64,000 nucleotides of DNA from Candidatus Babeliales bacterium (GTDB taxonomy: Bacteria > Babelota > Babeliae > Babelales > JANWKD01). The notes below the pieces were generated by a model that did no database searches, had not been told where the DNA came from, and worked only from the letters and a program-made list of their open reading frames with translations. Location: contig CAVRJO010000001.1 of assembly GCA_963722255.1 (NCBI GenBank), positions 608,001-672,000 on the forward strand. The letters run 5' to 3'. Of this stretch, positions 10,467 through 21,184 are shown one piece after another (within the stretch, counting starts at the first letter, position 1; each line of letters starts with the position of its first letter). Made by a program: the position numbers and the translations under genes.

Positions 10467-12222
10467 ATGAAGCTGTCGAAATTAATTTTTGTAACAATGT
10501 CCGCAGGTTTTTCATTTATATTATTTCCAAAGCTACATGATATTACAATAGACCTCTTCTGAAACTATAAATTTTGTGGTAAACTTATAATTGATTTGAA
10601 AAGAAAGGGTAAGCGATTATGAAGTATGAAAATTTAAAAATTTATCAGAAGAACACTTTAGAAGAGTGACTGGTGTAAAACGAAAAACATTTGAAAAATT
10701 GGTATATATTTTAAAAGAAGCTCAAAAAAAAAAAAAGTCAAAGGGTGGACGTCCAAATAAACTCAGTATTGAAAAAATGCTTTTGATGACTCTTGAATAT
10801 ATAAGGGAATATCGAACGTATCTTCATATTGCGACAAGTTATGGCATTGCTGAAAGCAATACATTTGAAACAATACGATGGGTTGAAAATACACTTATTA
10901 AAAGTAAAGAATTTAGATTGCCAGGGAGAAAGGCTTTACTGAAAAGTGAAAATGAGTTTGAAATTATTTTAATAGATGCAACTGAAAGTCCTATTGAACG
11001 TCCAAAAAAAAACAGCGGTAATTTTATTCTGGAAAAAAAAAACGTCATACGAAAAAAACGCAGGTAGTGGTAGATAAAAAAACAAAAGAGATTGTTTGTA
11101 TAGATTATACAAATGGTAAACGGCATGATTTTAATCTTTTTAAAAATTCAAAAGTACATTTCGAAAAATCTACTGAAGTACTTACAGATACAGGTTTTTT
11201 GGGTCTATAAAAAATTCATAACAATACAGAGATGCCAAAGAAGAAAAGTAAAAAAAATCCTTTGACATGAGAAGAAAAAGAAAGAAATAGAGAATTATCA
11301 AGTGAGAGAGTATTAAATGAGCATGTAATTGGAATGGTAAAACGATTTAAAATATTTGATAATAAATATCGAAATAGAAGAAAAAGATTTGGGATGCGTT
11401 TTAATCTGATTGCGGGTATTTATAATTTTGAGTTGGTAAAATGAGTTTCAGAAGAGGTCTAATATATTCCTCTGATTATTCTAATGTTGGATTCGGCTAT
11501 AATGATAGCAATATGAAAACTAATGGAGAATATACTGTCATTAAAGAATTAATTATGCCGAATGATATTCTTTTTGATATTGGCGCCAATCGAGGTGAAT
11601 CGGAGTTTGGCAGTATATATCAACAGTACCAACTATTAACCAAATCTATGCATTTGAACCAATTCCAACGATTTTTAATATATTGCAAGAGAACATATCA
11701 AATAATCCAGTAAATGCCTATCAATTAGCTATGAGCGATGTTACTGGTGTACGAGAGTTTTTATATTATCCACAAAATGAAAATGTATCTGAATTGAGTG
11801 GTTTCTATTTACGCCCTATTCTCTATGACTTATTAGGTATAACACCAGAACCCATTAACGTTAATTGCTCTACATTAGACACATTTTGTTTTGAAAAAAA
11901 CATACACCATATCGATTTTTTAAAAATTGATACAGAAGGATCAGAACTAGCAGTTTTAAGCGGCGCACAAAAGCTTTTAAAAGCTCAGCAGATTAAACAG
12001 ATTCAATTTGAATATGGTGGTACTTATACTGATGCAAAAATAACTCTTAAGCAGGTAATGACCTTGTTAACTCATTATAAATATGTTCTCTTTAGAGTTT
12101 TCGATAGTGGACTTATCCATATAACAAATTGGAATGATACTTTAGAGAATTATGCGTATTCTAATTACATAGCTATACAAAAAGAACACGCATATCCTTT
12201 TACCTTGATTGAGAATCTATAA
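10467..12222 (+). pseudogene. FkbM-family methyltransferase with signal peptide, interrupted by an IS and frameshifted near 11600
   Basis: Removing 10551..11459 and one TA gives in-frame ...LHDITI-IYSSDYS...FDIGANRGE; later IYAFEP and IDFLKIDTEGSE. Confidence 0.8.
10551..11459 (+). mobile_element. IS5-family (ISL2/IS702-like) element with inactivated transposase
   Basis: Terminal IR GACCTCTTCTGAAACT/AGTTTCAGAAGAGGTC with TA duplication; IDATESPIERPKK; A9 slippery site; in-frame stops at 11019, 11208 and 11268. Confidence 0.9.
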
Positions 12223-13145
12223 GAGCCTGTCTGAAAATTAAATTTTTCTGAAAACGATGACTAGACAAGCAAATTGAACTAGCCCAAGAAAGTTTTTAGA
12301 TAGCTTGTCATAACGAATGAAAACGCGTCTGAATCGATTCATCCAAGAAAATGTTCTTTCAACAACCCACCGTATTGGATCTTTATTTGTTGTAACTCGA
12401 GGTTTATTTTTGGGTTTTTTTAATGGCATTACCGGCGTAAAGTTTCGTTTAATAGCTTCTTCCTTATTTTTTTTAGATACGAAGCCCTTGTCAGTGCGAA
12501 GATAATGATTTCTTGATTGTGGGATTTGATACTGTAAATTATCAATAAGAGGAACAAATAATTGCGTGTCATGTCGATTTCCACCCGCAACGGTAGCGCT
12601 AAGAGGAAGTCCCAATTCTTCAACAACAAGATTTAATTTGGAGCCCAATTTTCTTCTATCAACAGGGCTAATTCCCGTTTTGTCTCCTCCAAGAGGCGCT
12701 TTTTTATGGCATGAATCTATAGATTGATTTTCAAGACGAAGTCCTTTTGTTCGATCATAGTGCATTAAAATTGATTTCCAAATTTTTTGAAAAGCATTTG
12801 CTTTAACTAGTTCTCTAAATCTGTGATAAACGGTTTTTGCTGGACCAAAGCATTTGGGCAGCGCATCCCACTGACATCCTGTCTTGAGTAAATAATATAT
12901 TCCTGCTATTAATGGATCATTATCTGAACGTGGTCGACCTATTTTACTTGGTGGCATATAGACTGCAATAAAATTATGAAATTCTTGTAAAAGTTCTTTA
13001 GATATGACATATTTTGATGGTATAATTTCTTCGTAATTTAAATGCTTCATATGAAAAAATCCTTCTTTGTTTGTGTAGTAACAACAAGAGGGATTTTATT
13101 TTTTTTATTTATTTTTTCAACTGCCTTGAGTTTTCAGACAGGCTC
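12223..13145 (-). mobile_element. IS5-family element, copy 1
   Basis: IR GAGCCTGTCTGAAAA/TTTTCAGACAGGCTC; TAA target duplication, which is the stop codon of the FkbM gene. Confidence 0.93.
12238..13050 (-). CDS. IS5-family DDE transposase
   Basis: TGCQWDALP, IDS, DKG and RWVVERTFSWMNRFRR motifs. Confidence 0.93.
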   Translation of the reverse strand: MKHLNYEEIIPSKYVISKELLQEFHNFIAVYMPPSKIGRPRSDNDPLIAGIYYLLKTGCQWDALPKCFGPAKTVYHRFRELVKANAFQKIWKSILMHYDRTKGLRLENQSIDSCHKKAPLGGDKTGISPVDRRKLGSKLNLVVEELGLPLSATVAGGNRHDTQLFVPLIDNLQYQIPQSRNHYLRTDKGFVSKKNKEEAIKRNFTPVMPLKKPKNKPRVTTNKDPIRWVVERTFSWMNRFRRVFIRYDKLSKNFLGLVQFACLVIVFRKI

Positions 13146-13213
13146 TAAAGCTGCTTATGAAAAATAACTATTACTGCAGTTGAACTTTCGCGTAGTAATT
13201 TATCAAATTTTTC

Positions 13214-14089
13214 TTACAAAGAAGCTTGAAAGTCTTTGATGAGATCAACCCAATAATCCATATATAATTTATCGAAATTATATGTTTTATCCTTCATTTC
13301 TTCATAGCATTTCATCAAATATGCTGGAGTAACATCTTCCCACTCATTAACAATAATTACCGGTAAATCTTCATACAAAGGATCTAATGTTGAGGTTTTA
13401 ACAACAGGTATTGAACCAACGAGCAAGGTCTCCCAAGTTCTATGACAATCAAGTCCTCCACCAAATGGACTTAGAATAAAAGCAAACTCTTGAATCTCAA
13501 ATAAAAAATCTCTTATCGGTTTTAATGAAGCAAGTTCAACAAAGGGCTTATTTTTAAAGATTGCATAGACATTATTTCTTCCCGGTGTCGTCAATGCAAT
13601 ATTAACATACAATGTATCAAAATTTTTCTTTACCGGATGCATTTCCATATAATCAAGTATTTCATCAAACATTTTGGGATCTCCTTTGGGCCATTTTGGA
13701 TAATTTGGAAGACCAATTGGAATTACCGTAAACTTAGGATGAGGATTAATATTACAATTTTGACCAAACCACATCAAAATCATTGGATCTTCAAGAAAAC
13801 GGCTATAATTACCAGGCGCAGAATAATCACCATTATGCGTTATCAATATGAAGGGATTTTTAAATCGATTGAAAACATTACTAAAAAAATAATCAAGATA
13901 ACATATATCACAATAAACTATACTCTTTGCTGGAACACGCGAAGGATCAAAGGGACAATAGTAGTTGTCAATTTTATATGTTGCCAAATCTCTAAATTTA
14001 TTTCCTGAAATGTAATGTCTTTCTTTACTTTCAAGTTTCATTGAATTTACAATAAAAACTAGTATCAATAAGTGCTTTAGATACTTCAT
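13214..14089 (-). CDS. Exostosin/GT47-like glycosyltransferase with signal peptide
   Basis: FILSPFGGGLDCHRTWETLLVGSIPVV resembles the exostosin C-terminal motif. Confidence 0.65.
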   Translation of the reverse strand: MKYLKHLLILVFIVNSMKLESKERHYISGNKFRDLATYKIDNYYCPFDPSRVPAKSIVYCDICYLDYFFSNVFNRFKNPFILITHNGDYSAPGNYSRFLEDPMILMWFGQNCNINPHPKFTVIPIGLPNYPKWPKGDPKMFDEILDYMEMHPVKKNFDTLYVNIALTTPGRNNVYAIFKNKPFVELASLKPIRDFLFEIQEFAFILSPFGGGLDCHRTWETLLVGSIPVVKTSTLDPLYEDLPVIIVNEWEDVTPAYLMKCYEEMKDKTYNFDKLYMDYWVDLIKDFQASL

Positions 14090-14229
14090 ACTATTCCTTT
14101 CTTAACAATAGATTGAACCATTCTTTTGATATTTTATCCTTTTTTTTAAACTTGACAAATAAATAAGTTTATTATTCGCTATCAAAGATTTAACCCTTAA
14201 ATAGATCAATATATGAGAGGTTCTTCCCT

Positions 14230-15711
14230 ATGAAGTTAATTTCACTCTATTCATTGCTAGTGCTTTCAAACCTATATATTAGTATTCAGTCAAATCAAAA
14301 TTTACCTGAAAAAAAAATTGTTATTGTTATACCTTCCTATAACAATCCACTCAAATTTACACGTGAATGTTTAGAATCTGTTCTTATGCAAAAATATTCA
14401 AATTATGAAATACTATTTTCGGATGATTGCTCGCCCCAACCAAATATTGAACAAATTCATAAACAACTTATTGCAGAACTTGATATGCATAAGAGAATAA
14501 CGTATAGACGAAATAAGCAACGATTGGGTCCACTTGGCAATAGATGGAATGCAATTCATAGTATCAATCAAGATAATATCGAAGATAATAGAAATATAAT
14601 TGTGGCAAATTTGGATGGAGACGATATATTTCTTCGTTCTGATGCACTTACAATAATTAATGAAATGCACGAATATGCATGGACTACGTGGGGAAGCTTC
14701 AGTATTTTACCGTCAAAAAATATTTATAGCGCATGCCAACCCGTTCCTGCACATGTTATCGCTCAAAACAACTGGCGTTCATGTCCCATTAGTTTAAGCC
14801 ATGTACAAACCTATCGGCTCAGTTTACTCAAAGATCTGCCATTATATACCTACCTTTATCATGGTAATTTTTATCCTGCAGCAACTGATCTTCAGTCTAT
14901 ATGGGGAGCATGTGAAAAGTCAGGCATTCATACTGCATTTAATCCCATACCTGTCTATGGATACCGCTTACACCCACAAAATGAAATGAACCGTGAAGAA
15001 GGCCGCAAAGGAGCCGATTGCCTTGCTCATGCTAAAGCACAAACCCCATTTCAACCATTACAAGCACTTCCTTTTCAACGACCTTTAGATTCATATCATG
15101 CTGATTTGATTATATTCTCTGAAAATGATCCGTTAACACTTTCTGAGATTTTACAAGCAGTAAAAAAAAATATACCCGATCTGCAAACGACTTTTGTACT
15201 CTACAAAAAAAATGAACAATTTAGTCACACCTATGATTGTCTAAGGTCAAATTATCCTGATATTCGTTTTATTGAATTTTCGCTTAATTCAGATGAAAAT
15301 TTAAAAAATTTATTATTAGATTGTTTAAAGGCTTCGACAAGTGACTATGTTCTATTCTTACGAAATGAAATCCCTAAAACTTTTCTACCAATTAAAAATT
15401 GTATCCGAGCTTTACTAAAAACACATGGCTATATGTTTTATACTTGTTCAGAAAATTTACCCAGCGATAACCTCATCGATATCGATGATACCATGGTTGC
15501 TTGGAGCTTCGATGCCCTCAATAACAGAGCAAAAAATTGGCATCTGAATAAATTTTTCAATCTAACTTTATTTGCAAAAAAACAAATCATAGAATCTTTG
15601 TTTTCAGTGAAGCATAGTACCATCAACACTATTGAATCTCAATGGAATAATTATGTAAACACACAACAAAATACGATTGGCTTAGGATTTTCACCATGCA
15701 TTATAGAATAA
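14230..15711 (+). CDS. GT2 glycosyltransferase with signal peptide and a second, degenerate GT-A-like domain
   Basis: IVIPSYNN, DDCS, LDGDD; C-terminal half aligns by eye with 16940..18001. Confidence 0.8.
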   Translation: MKLISLYSLLVLSNLYISIQSNQNLPEKKIVIVIPSYNNPLKFTRECLESVLMQKYSNYEILFSDDCSPQPNIEQIHKQLIAELDMHKRITYRRNKQRLGPLGNRWNAIHSINQDNIEDNRNIIVANLDGDDIFLRSDALTIINEMHEYAWTTWGSFSILPSKNIYSACQPVPAHVIAQNNWRSCPISLSHVQTYRLSLLKDLPLYTYLYHGNFYPAATDLQSIWGACEKSGIHTAFNPIPVYGYRLHPQNEMNREEGRKGADCLAHAKAQTPFQPLQALPFQRPLDSYHADLIIFSENDPLTLSEILQAVKKNIPDLQTTFVLYKKNEQFSHTYDCLRSNYPDIRFIEFSLNSDENLKNLLLDCLKASTSDYVLFLRNEIPKTFLPIKNCIRALLKTHGYMFYTCSENLPSDNLIDIDDTMVAWSFDALNNRAKNWHLNKFFNLTLFAKKQIIESLFSVKHSTINTIESQWNNYVNTQQNTIGLGFSPCIIE

Positions 15712-15726
15712 AAATAAAGGGGAAAA

Positions 15727-16917
15727 ATGAATATTATGGCGGATCGCCTTCGTTATCTACAACAAATTATTGATGGTTTCTTACAAACAAAAACACCTTT
15801 ACTATTATTTGATGGCAAAAGTTTGTTTCCTTTTTTTACTTTTGATGACATTGGTATATATGTTTTTATTCCCCAATTAGTAAGATTTTTTGGCATAACT
15901 TTAGATCAAGCAATTAATATTTTTTTCTATGGCTTTTTAACCAGTTCATTCTTACTTGGCCTCATTGGATTTTTATTGCTCTATAAATCTGCCATAACCA
16001 AATTTATTGCAACGACTGGATTACTCTTACTATTCTACTTTGTTATTAAATTCGAAATAACTGATGTCTACCTTGCTTATTTAGCTTCAGCTGTATCTAT
16101 CATTCCTTTATCATTGTATTTTACAATGAATAATACAAAATCAATTTTATTCTATTTTTTCACGATTTTTTCGGGTCTAATAGTTGGAACGTCCCACTAT
16201 ATACGAGCATATTCAGGCCTTGCTCCGTTAATCTTCCTTATTATTCTATTGATTTTCAATAGTACAATAAACGGTATGAAGAAATTTTTGTTACTTATTT
16301 GTATTGTTCTAGGAATGACAGGCCCTTATTATTATTTCAATCAAATTATCCATCAGAACAAACAATTTGCAGAACAGCATTTCCCTGATTCAAATCAAAT
16401 AATTCATCAACATGTCTTTTGGCATCCTATTTATTTAGGATTTGGTTTTTTAAACTGCATGAATGAAGACAATATTCAATACAAGGATAGCTTCGGTCTT
16501 GAAAAAGCAAAAAAACATAATCCTGCTATTTCTTTTGAAAAAACTAAAGAGTATGAAGAAATTATAAAAAATGAAACATTCTTACTTTGGAAAAAACAGC
16601 CTTGGTTTGTTTTATTTACTATTTTTGCAAAAATCGGAGTATTATTGTTTTTTTTCCTGCTTTTTTCAAACTTTGGATCAATTGCTGCATTCTGTTTTCC
16701 TAAACCATGGTATATCGAAGTTGCATTTCTAGCCAGCTTTGGCATTAACGCACTATTTCCCCTACTAGCTGTACCTTATATTGCATATTCTATAGGATTT
16801 ATCGCCGTTGCAACTTTATATGGAATCGTAAGTATTAATCATGCAATTAGTTTCATTAACTTTAAAAAAATTATAGAGAATAGCAGAAGATTAATAAGCA
16901 ATATTGGAATACAATAA
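15727..16917 (+). CDS. Multi-pass membrane protein, putative GT-C-type glycosyltransferase
   Basis: About 10 hydrophobic segments, DD motif before the first helices, glycan-island context; paralog of 7396. Confidence 0.6.
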   Translation: MNIMADRLRYLQQIIDGFLQTKTPLLLFDGKSLFPFFTFDDIGIYVFIPQLVRFFGITLDQAINIFFYGFLTSSFLLGLIGFLLLYKSAITKFIATTGLLLLFYFVIKFEITDVYLAYLASAVSIIPLSLYFTMNNTKSILFYFFTIFSGLIVGTSHYIRAYSGLAPLIFLIILLIFNSTINGMKKFLLLICIVLGMTGPYYYFNQIIHQNKQFAEQHFPDSNQIIHQHVFWHPIYLGFGFLNCMNEDNIQYKDSFGLEKAKKHNPAISFEKTKEYEEIIKNETFLLWKKQPWFVLFTIFAKIGVLLFFFLLFSNFGSIAAFCFPKPWYIEVAFLASFGINALFPLLAVPYIAYSIGFIAVATLYGIVSINHAISFINFKKIIENSRRLISNIGIQ

Positions 16918-16939
16918 AATAATCAAAAAAGGAAACAGA

Positions 16940-18001
16940 ATGGGTTTAAAACAAATCTTTAATATTTTGTTTATAATAATAATTTTCATTAGCCCTTGCA
17001 TTACCTTACCTACTATTTTAGAGCATACTGATTATAAACAAAAAAATATTGTCATCTTTCCTTCATCTGATGAACACTTAGAAACTACTCATCAGCAATT
17101 TGTTGACTTTAATCGAAAAACGAATTTAATTATTTTTTCATACAAGCGCCCTATGCAATTATATGCACTTCTTGAATCCCTCCAAGAATATGTTACCGGG
17201 TTAAATCAAATTATGGTGCTTTATCGAGCCGATGACGAACGTTATGAACAAGCATATAACTCAGTTAGAGCTGATTTTGAAAACATACTATTTGTTCAAC
17301 AATCAAAATATAACCCACATTCTGATTTTAAACCCTTATGTATGGATTTATTAAATTCTTATGAAAGTGACTACATTATGTTTGCAACAGATGATAATCT
17401 TGTTAAAGATTATGTATCCATAACGGATTGCATTCAAGCCTTAGAACAAACTAAAATTTATTTTAATCCTCAAGAAAAATCTATCGAAGGGCTGGAACAA
17501 ATTCATGCTTATGGTTTTTATTTACGCCTTGGCAAAAACTTACATCATTGTTATCCTATGAATTCTCAACAAGCAATCCCCTTTTTAACCACTTTAAATA
17601 AATCTATATTTGCCTGGCAAATTATAGAATCTGAAGGCTCACTAACCTATGATTGGAGCTATCCCAATACGGTTGATATGACCATTTATCCTAAGCAACA
17701 GATCATAAATACTCTGCAAACTATAGAGTTCACTAATCCAAATACTCTTGAAGGAAATTGGGCCCGGTTGGCTAACCACAATTCATCAAAAATCGGACTC
17801 TGCTTTGAAAGGTCTAAAATTGTAAATATTCCGATGAATAGAGTCCAAGATGTCTCGCCAATAAATAGAAATATGGATCAAGATCCTCAAGAACTCCTAG
17901 AACTTTTTGAACAAGGATTTAAAATAGATCGTAGCCCTCTTCATCAATGGCAAAACAGCTCTGCACACGCTGAATGTCAGTTTGTGTTTAAGCAACGTTA
18001 A
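16940..18001 (+). CDS. Putative GT-A fold glycosyltransferase with signal peptide
   Basis: IIFSYKRPMQLYALLESL, FATDD, NPNTLEG; RBS AAGGA before ATG 16940. Confidence 0.6.
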   Translation: MGLKQIFNILFIIIIFISPCITLPTILEHTDYKQKNIVIFPSSDEHLETTHQQFVDFNRKTNLIIFSYKRPMQLYALLESLQEYVTGLNQIMVLYRADDERYEQAYNSVRADFENILFVQQSKYNPHSDFKPLCMDLLNSYESDYIMFATDDNLVKDYVSITDCIQALEQTKIYFNPQEKSIEGLEQIHAYGFYLRLGKNLHHCYPMNSQQAIPFLTTLNKSIFAWQIIESEGSLTYDWSYPNTVDMTIYPKQQIINTLQTIEFTNPNTLEGNWARLANHNSSKIGLCFERSKIVNIPMNRVQDVSPINRNMDQDPQELLELFEQGFKIDRSPLHQWQNSSAHAECQFVFKQR

Positions 18002-18061
18002 AAACGCAAAAAGCTTCACATAAAAAATTGGAAGCTCCTTTTAAAGTTATCTAAATTTTTT

Positions 18062-18763
18062 TTAGTTTTGAACTAACTCTTTTCTTACAAAAAGTACATC
18101 ACCAAAAGTACTATGATGCATAATTTTTTTAACAACTACAAAACCTTGTTCTTCCATCCAGGCTTTAAATTCATCAAACAATGGAGCATCCTTATAAAGA
18201 TTTGTATAGCTTACTTCGGTATAAACAACTTTCACCGTCCTAAAAATCTTTGGTGAAGCTTTTAATACCATTGGCTCAACGCCTTGTAGATCAAACCACA
18301 AAAGATCTATATGATCGATGCCCATTTCTTCAGCCCATCTATCTAATGTTGTTGTTTCGACCATTATATTATTTTGAAACGTTATATGTGGAAAATAAGT
18401 AAGATGTTCAACGGGCTGCAATAAAGAACTTGACTGATCTCCTCCATAGCTAATAAACATAGAAACCTCACCAACTTCATCACTCAGCGCCTTTTGCATA
18501 CATATAACATTTTTACAACTTTGAGTATTTGCAATCAACCGTTTAAATATGTGAGGAACAGGTTCAAATGCATAAATCATACCTTCAGGCCACAAGCGGC
18601 TCATTTCTTGCGTATCAGTCCCATCAAATGCACCGGCATCAACCACTATGGGATTTTTTGGTAAAAATTTTGCAATTGAATTTTTTGATAGATTTTCTGC
18701 CTGAATAGTAATAGTTCTAAAACTAACAAAGACTAAAATCGTATATAACGTTTGCTTATTCAT
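18062..18763 (-). CDS. FkbM-family methyltransferase with signal peptide
   Basis: VDAGAFDG, YAFEPVP, IDLLWFDLQG, YTEVS. Confidence 0.9.
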   Translation of the reverse strand: MNKQTLYTILVFVSFRTITIQAENLSKNSIAKFLPKNPIVVDAGAFDGTDTQEMSRLWPEGMIYAFEPVPHIFKRLIANTQSCKNVICMQKALSDEVGEVSMFISYGGDQSSSLLQPVEHLTYFPHITFQNNIMVETTTLDRWAEEMGIDHIDLLWFDLQGVEPMVLKASPKIFRTVKVVYTEVSYTNLYKDAPLFDEFKAWMEEQGFVVVKKIMHHSTFGDVLFVRKELVQN

Positions 18764-19303
18764 CTAAAAACTCTTTTTGTTTGATTTTTTATTATTTCAC
18801 TACTACAAATATTTTTAATTAAGAATATAATCACTCCTTTCGAATATCTTTAATCATCTCTCGAGAGATTAGTAGTAAATAATAGTATATGTCAAATTAT
18901 TAGCGAGGATAAAATTTTCATACCATTTGATTTTATAAATTTTTACGCATAATTTTTTATAGTTATAAAAAATGAAGAGATATAGTGGAATGATTTTGGG
19001 TGAACTTGAGAAAAGAATATTTACATTAACTTCACCAGAAATAATTCAAAGTCTGTTCAAAGCCTATAATTATAAATACGAAAAGCGTTATGCAGAAGCA
19101 GCAGAGCAGTTTTATAATGCACTTAAATTAGGGTGAACATCTTCTAAAATTCATCGATATGCCGAAGAAATGTATACATTATCAAAAAAAATAAGAAACG
19201 TTACACGCACACCAAATAATTGTATTCAGAATATATTTTTTATAGTATTTTACACTTAAATAATTCGACAAACAATTGCTGAAACAATAATAAATCAATA
19301 AAG

Positions 19304-20239
19304 ATGAATAATAAAAAGAAAATATCAATCATTGTTCCTGTATATAATGAAGAAAAAAACATACCGCTCCTTTATGCAACAGTTCTAAAAACTATTGCAC
19401 AAATCACAGAATATGAATATGAATTTATTTTCATCAACGATGGCAGTAAAGATAATTCATGGACAATTATTAAAAACCTTCCAATCTCAGTCGCTTCAAT
19501 AAAAGCTCTTAATTTCAGTAAAAATTTTGGACATCAAATCGCCTTAAGTGCAGGATATAATCATGCAACTGGTGATGCAATAATATCTATGGATGCTGAT
19601 CTGCAGCACCCTCCTGAAACTATTCCATCTATGATCAAAGCCTGGCAAAAAGGATTTGACATTGTATATGTAAAAAATGTAACACGCAACGATAGTTTTT
19701 TAAAAAAAATTTGTGCTTTAGGCTATTATAGATTTTTAGGCTTACTTTCTGAAATTAAAATTCCTCGTAATGTTGCCGACTTCCGACTTATTGATAAAAA
19801 AGTTCTTGCAATTATTAATCAATCTGAAGAAAAGGCACCCTATTTAAGAGGCATGGTTGCATGGACCGGGTTTAAACATACTTTTATAGAATCTACTTTT
19901 GCAAAGCGTCATTCAGGAATTCCGGGATATACGTGGAGCAAAATGTTTAAACTTGCTCTTGATGGAATAGTTAGTTTTTCTTCATCACCATTTCAATTGC
20001 TAGGATTAATAAGCTTATTCATAACAATCTCCGGATCATCCTTATTAGTTTACTTAATAGTAAACAGTCTCATTTTTTATAAAAATTATTCCGCACTTAC
20101 GTGGATCCTTACAATACTATATTTTTCTATGGGGATTCAATTGATAGTTATATCATCTATTGGTGAAAAAATTGTAATGATGTACAACCAAACTAAAAAT
20201 AGACCTTTGTATATTATTGCTGACAAAATAAACTGCTAA
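19304..20239 (+). CDS. GT2 polyprenol-phosphate glycosyltransferase; paralog of 5631..6635
   Basis: IVPVYNEE, NDGSKD, DADLQHPP, ADFRLID, RPLYII. Confidence 0.92.
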   Translation: MNNKKKISIIVPVYNEEKNIPLLYATVLKTIAQITEYEYEFIFINDGSKDNSWTIIKNLPISVASIKALNFSKNFGHQIALSAGYNHATGDAIISMDADLQHPPETIPSMIKAWQKGFDIVYVKNVTRNDSFLKKICALGYYRFLGLLSEIKIPRNVADFRLIDKKVLAIINQSEEKAPYLRGMVAWTGFKHTFIESTFAKRHSGIPGYTWSKMFKLALDGIVSFSSSPFQLLGLISLFITISGSSLLVYLIVNSLIFYKNYSALTWILTILYFSMGIQLIVISSIGEKIVMMYNQTKNRPLYIIADKINC

Positions 20240-20240
20240 A

Positions 20241-20948
20241 CTATTTAAAAATCCAATTAGGTCTTAAAACAGATCGCGCATCATACAAATAACGAAGAAA
20301 GAATGGCTGATTGATTCGACTAATTTTTCTATCCTTTGGCTTTGCCATCAGTGCAATTTTTTTCTTGAGTCGATCAAATTTTTCATCATATAATTTGACC
20401 ACATCATATCGATCGTCTATAAGCACATTCTCTTCATTGCGCGTTGTACCGCTAATGGTAGCATTAGCAGAACCACTCCAAATTATCTTTTTATTACATA
20501 AGTTTTGTCCAAAAACCCAAAATTTATTGTGCATTATAGAATAATACTTTTCACCATAGACATAGACGGGAATATCATAGCTTCTAAGTTCAGTAATTTT
20601 TTCATGTTTACTTGCTAAACAACTTTTATCGGTAATAATCTCTATTTTAACACCGCGACGATGTGCATCGATTAATGCATCAAAAAGGTCTGGATCAGTT
20701 AATTGGTACACCGCAGCTTTTATATACCAACGCTCGCTATATATAAGCCCTAACAAAACTTTTTTTACCGGATCATCAGGAACAAATAATACTCCTTCAA
20801 CTTTATTTCCCGGTTTAACCAAACGTTGTTTGGCATATTTTTTACAATCAAGTTGATCATAATTGGTTTTTGTGGAAACTAAAAAAAAGTAACTGCCTAG
20901 TAAGAGTACTGAAAGCAGCGTTGTGACTAAAGTTGAATTTTCAAACAT
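20241..20948 (-). CDS. Phospholipase D/Nuc-family protein, single domain, with N-terminal anchor
   Basis: MHNKFWVF...SGSANAT...NEEN; ALIDAHRRGVKIEII. Confidence 0.85.
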   Translation of the reverse strand: MFENSTLVTTLLSVLLLGSYFFLVSTKTNYDQLDCKKYAKQRLVKPGNKVEGVLFVPDDPVKKVLLGLIYSERWYIKAAVYQLTDPDLFDALIDAHRRGVKIEIITDKSCLASKHEKITELRSYDIPVYVYGEKYYSIMHNKFWVFGQNLCNKKIIWSGSANATISGTTRNEENVLIDDRYDVVKLYDEKFDRLKKKIALMAKPKDRKISRINQPFFLRYLYDARSVLRPNWIFK

Positions 20949-21184
20949 ACTATCTCATTTAATAAAGGAATAAACGTAAAACTCTCAATACTGTCCTGTA
21001 GCCCGCAATAGCGGCTAGAACAATACATAGAAACAGTAGTACATAACAAAGGTATAGTCAAATAAGAAAGAGCAAGCCATATATTTAATCTTGTACAAAT
21101 CTCACAATGAACAAATGAAAAATTCTTGTAATGCGATAATTATTGATATAGTTTTAAAGATGAAATAAAAGATAATGATTTAGG

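Noticed and set aside
11019..19136. Alternative genetic code or stop-codon readthrough
   Set aside because: TGA, TAA and TAG all end conserved genes here (e.g. rsmE TGA, ftsZ TAG); internal stops are limited to decayed elements
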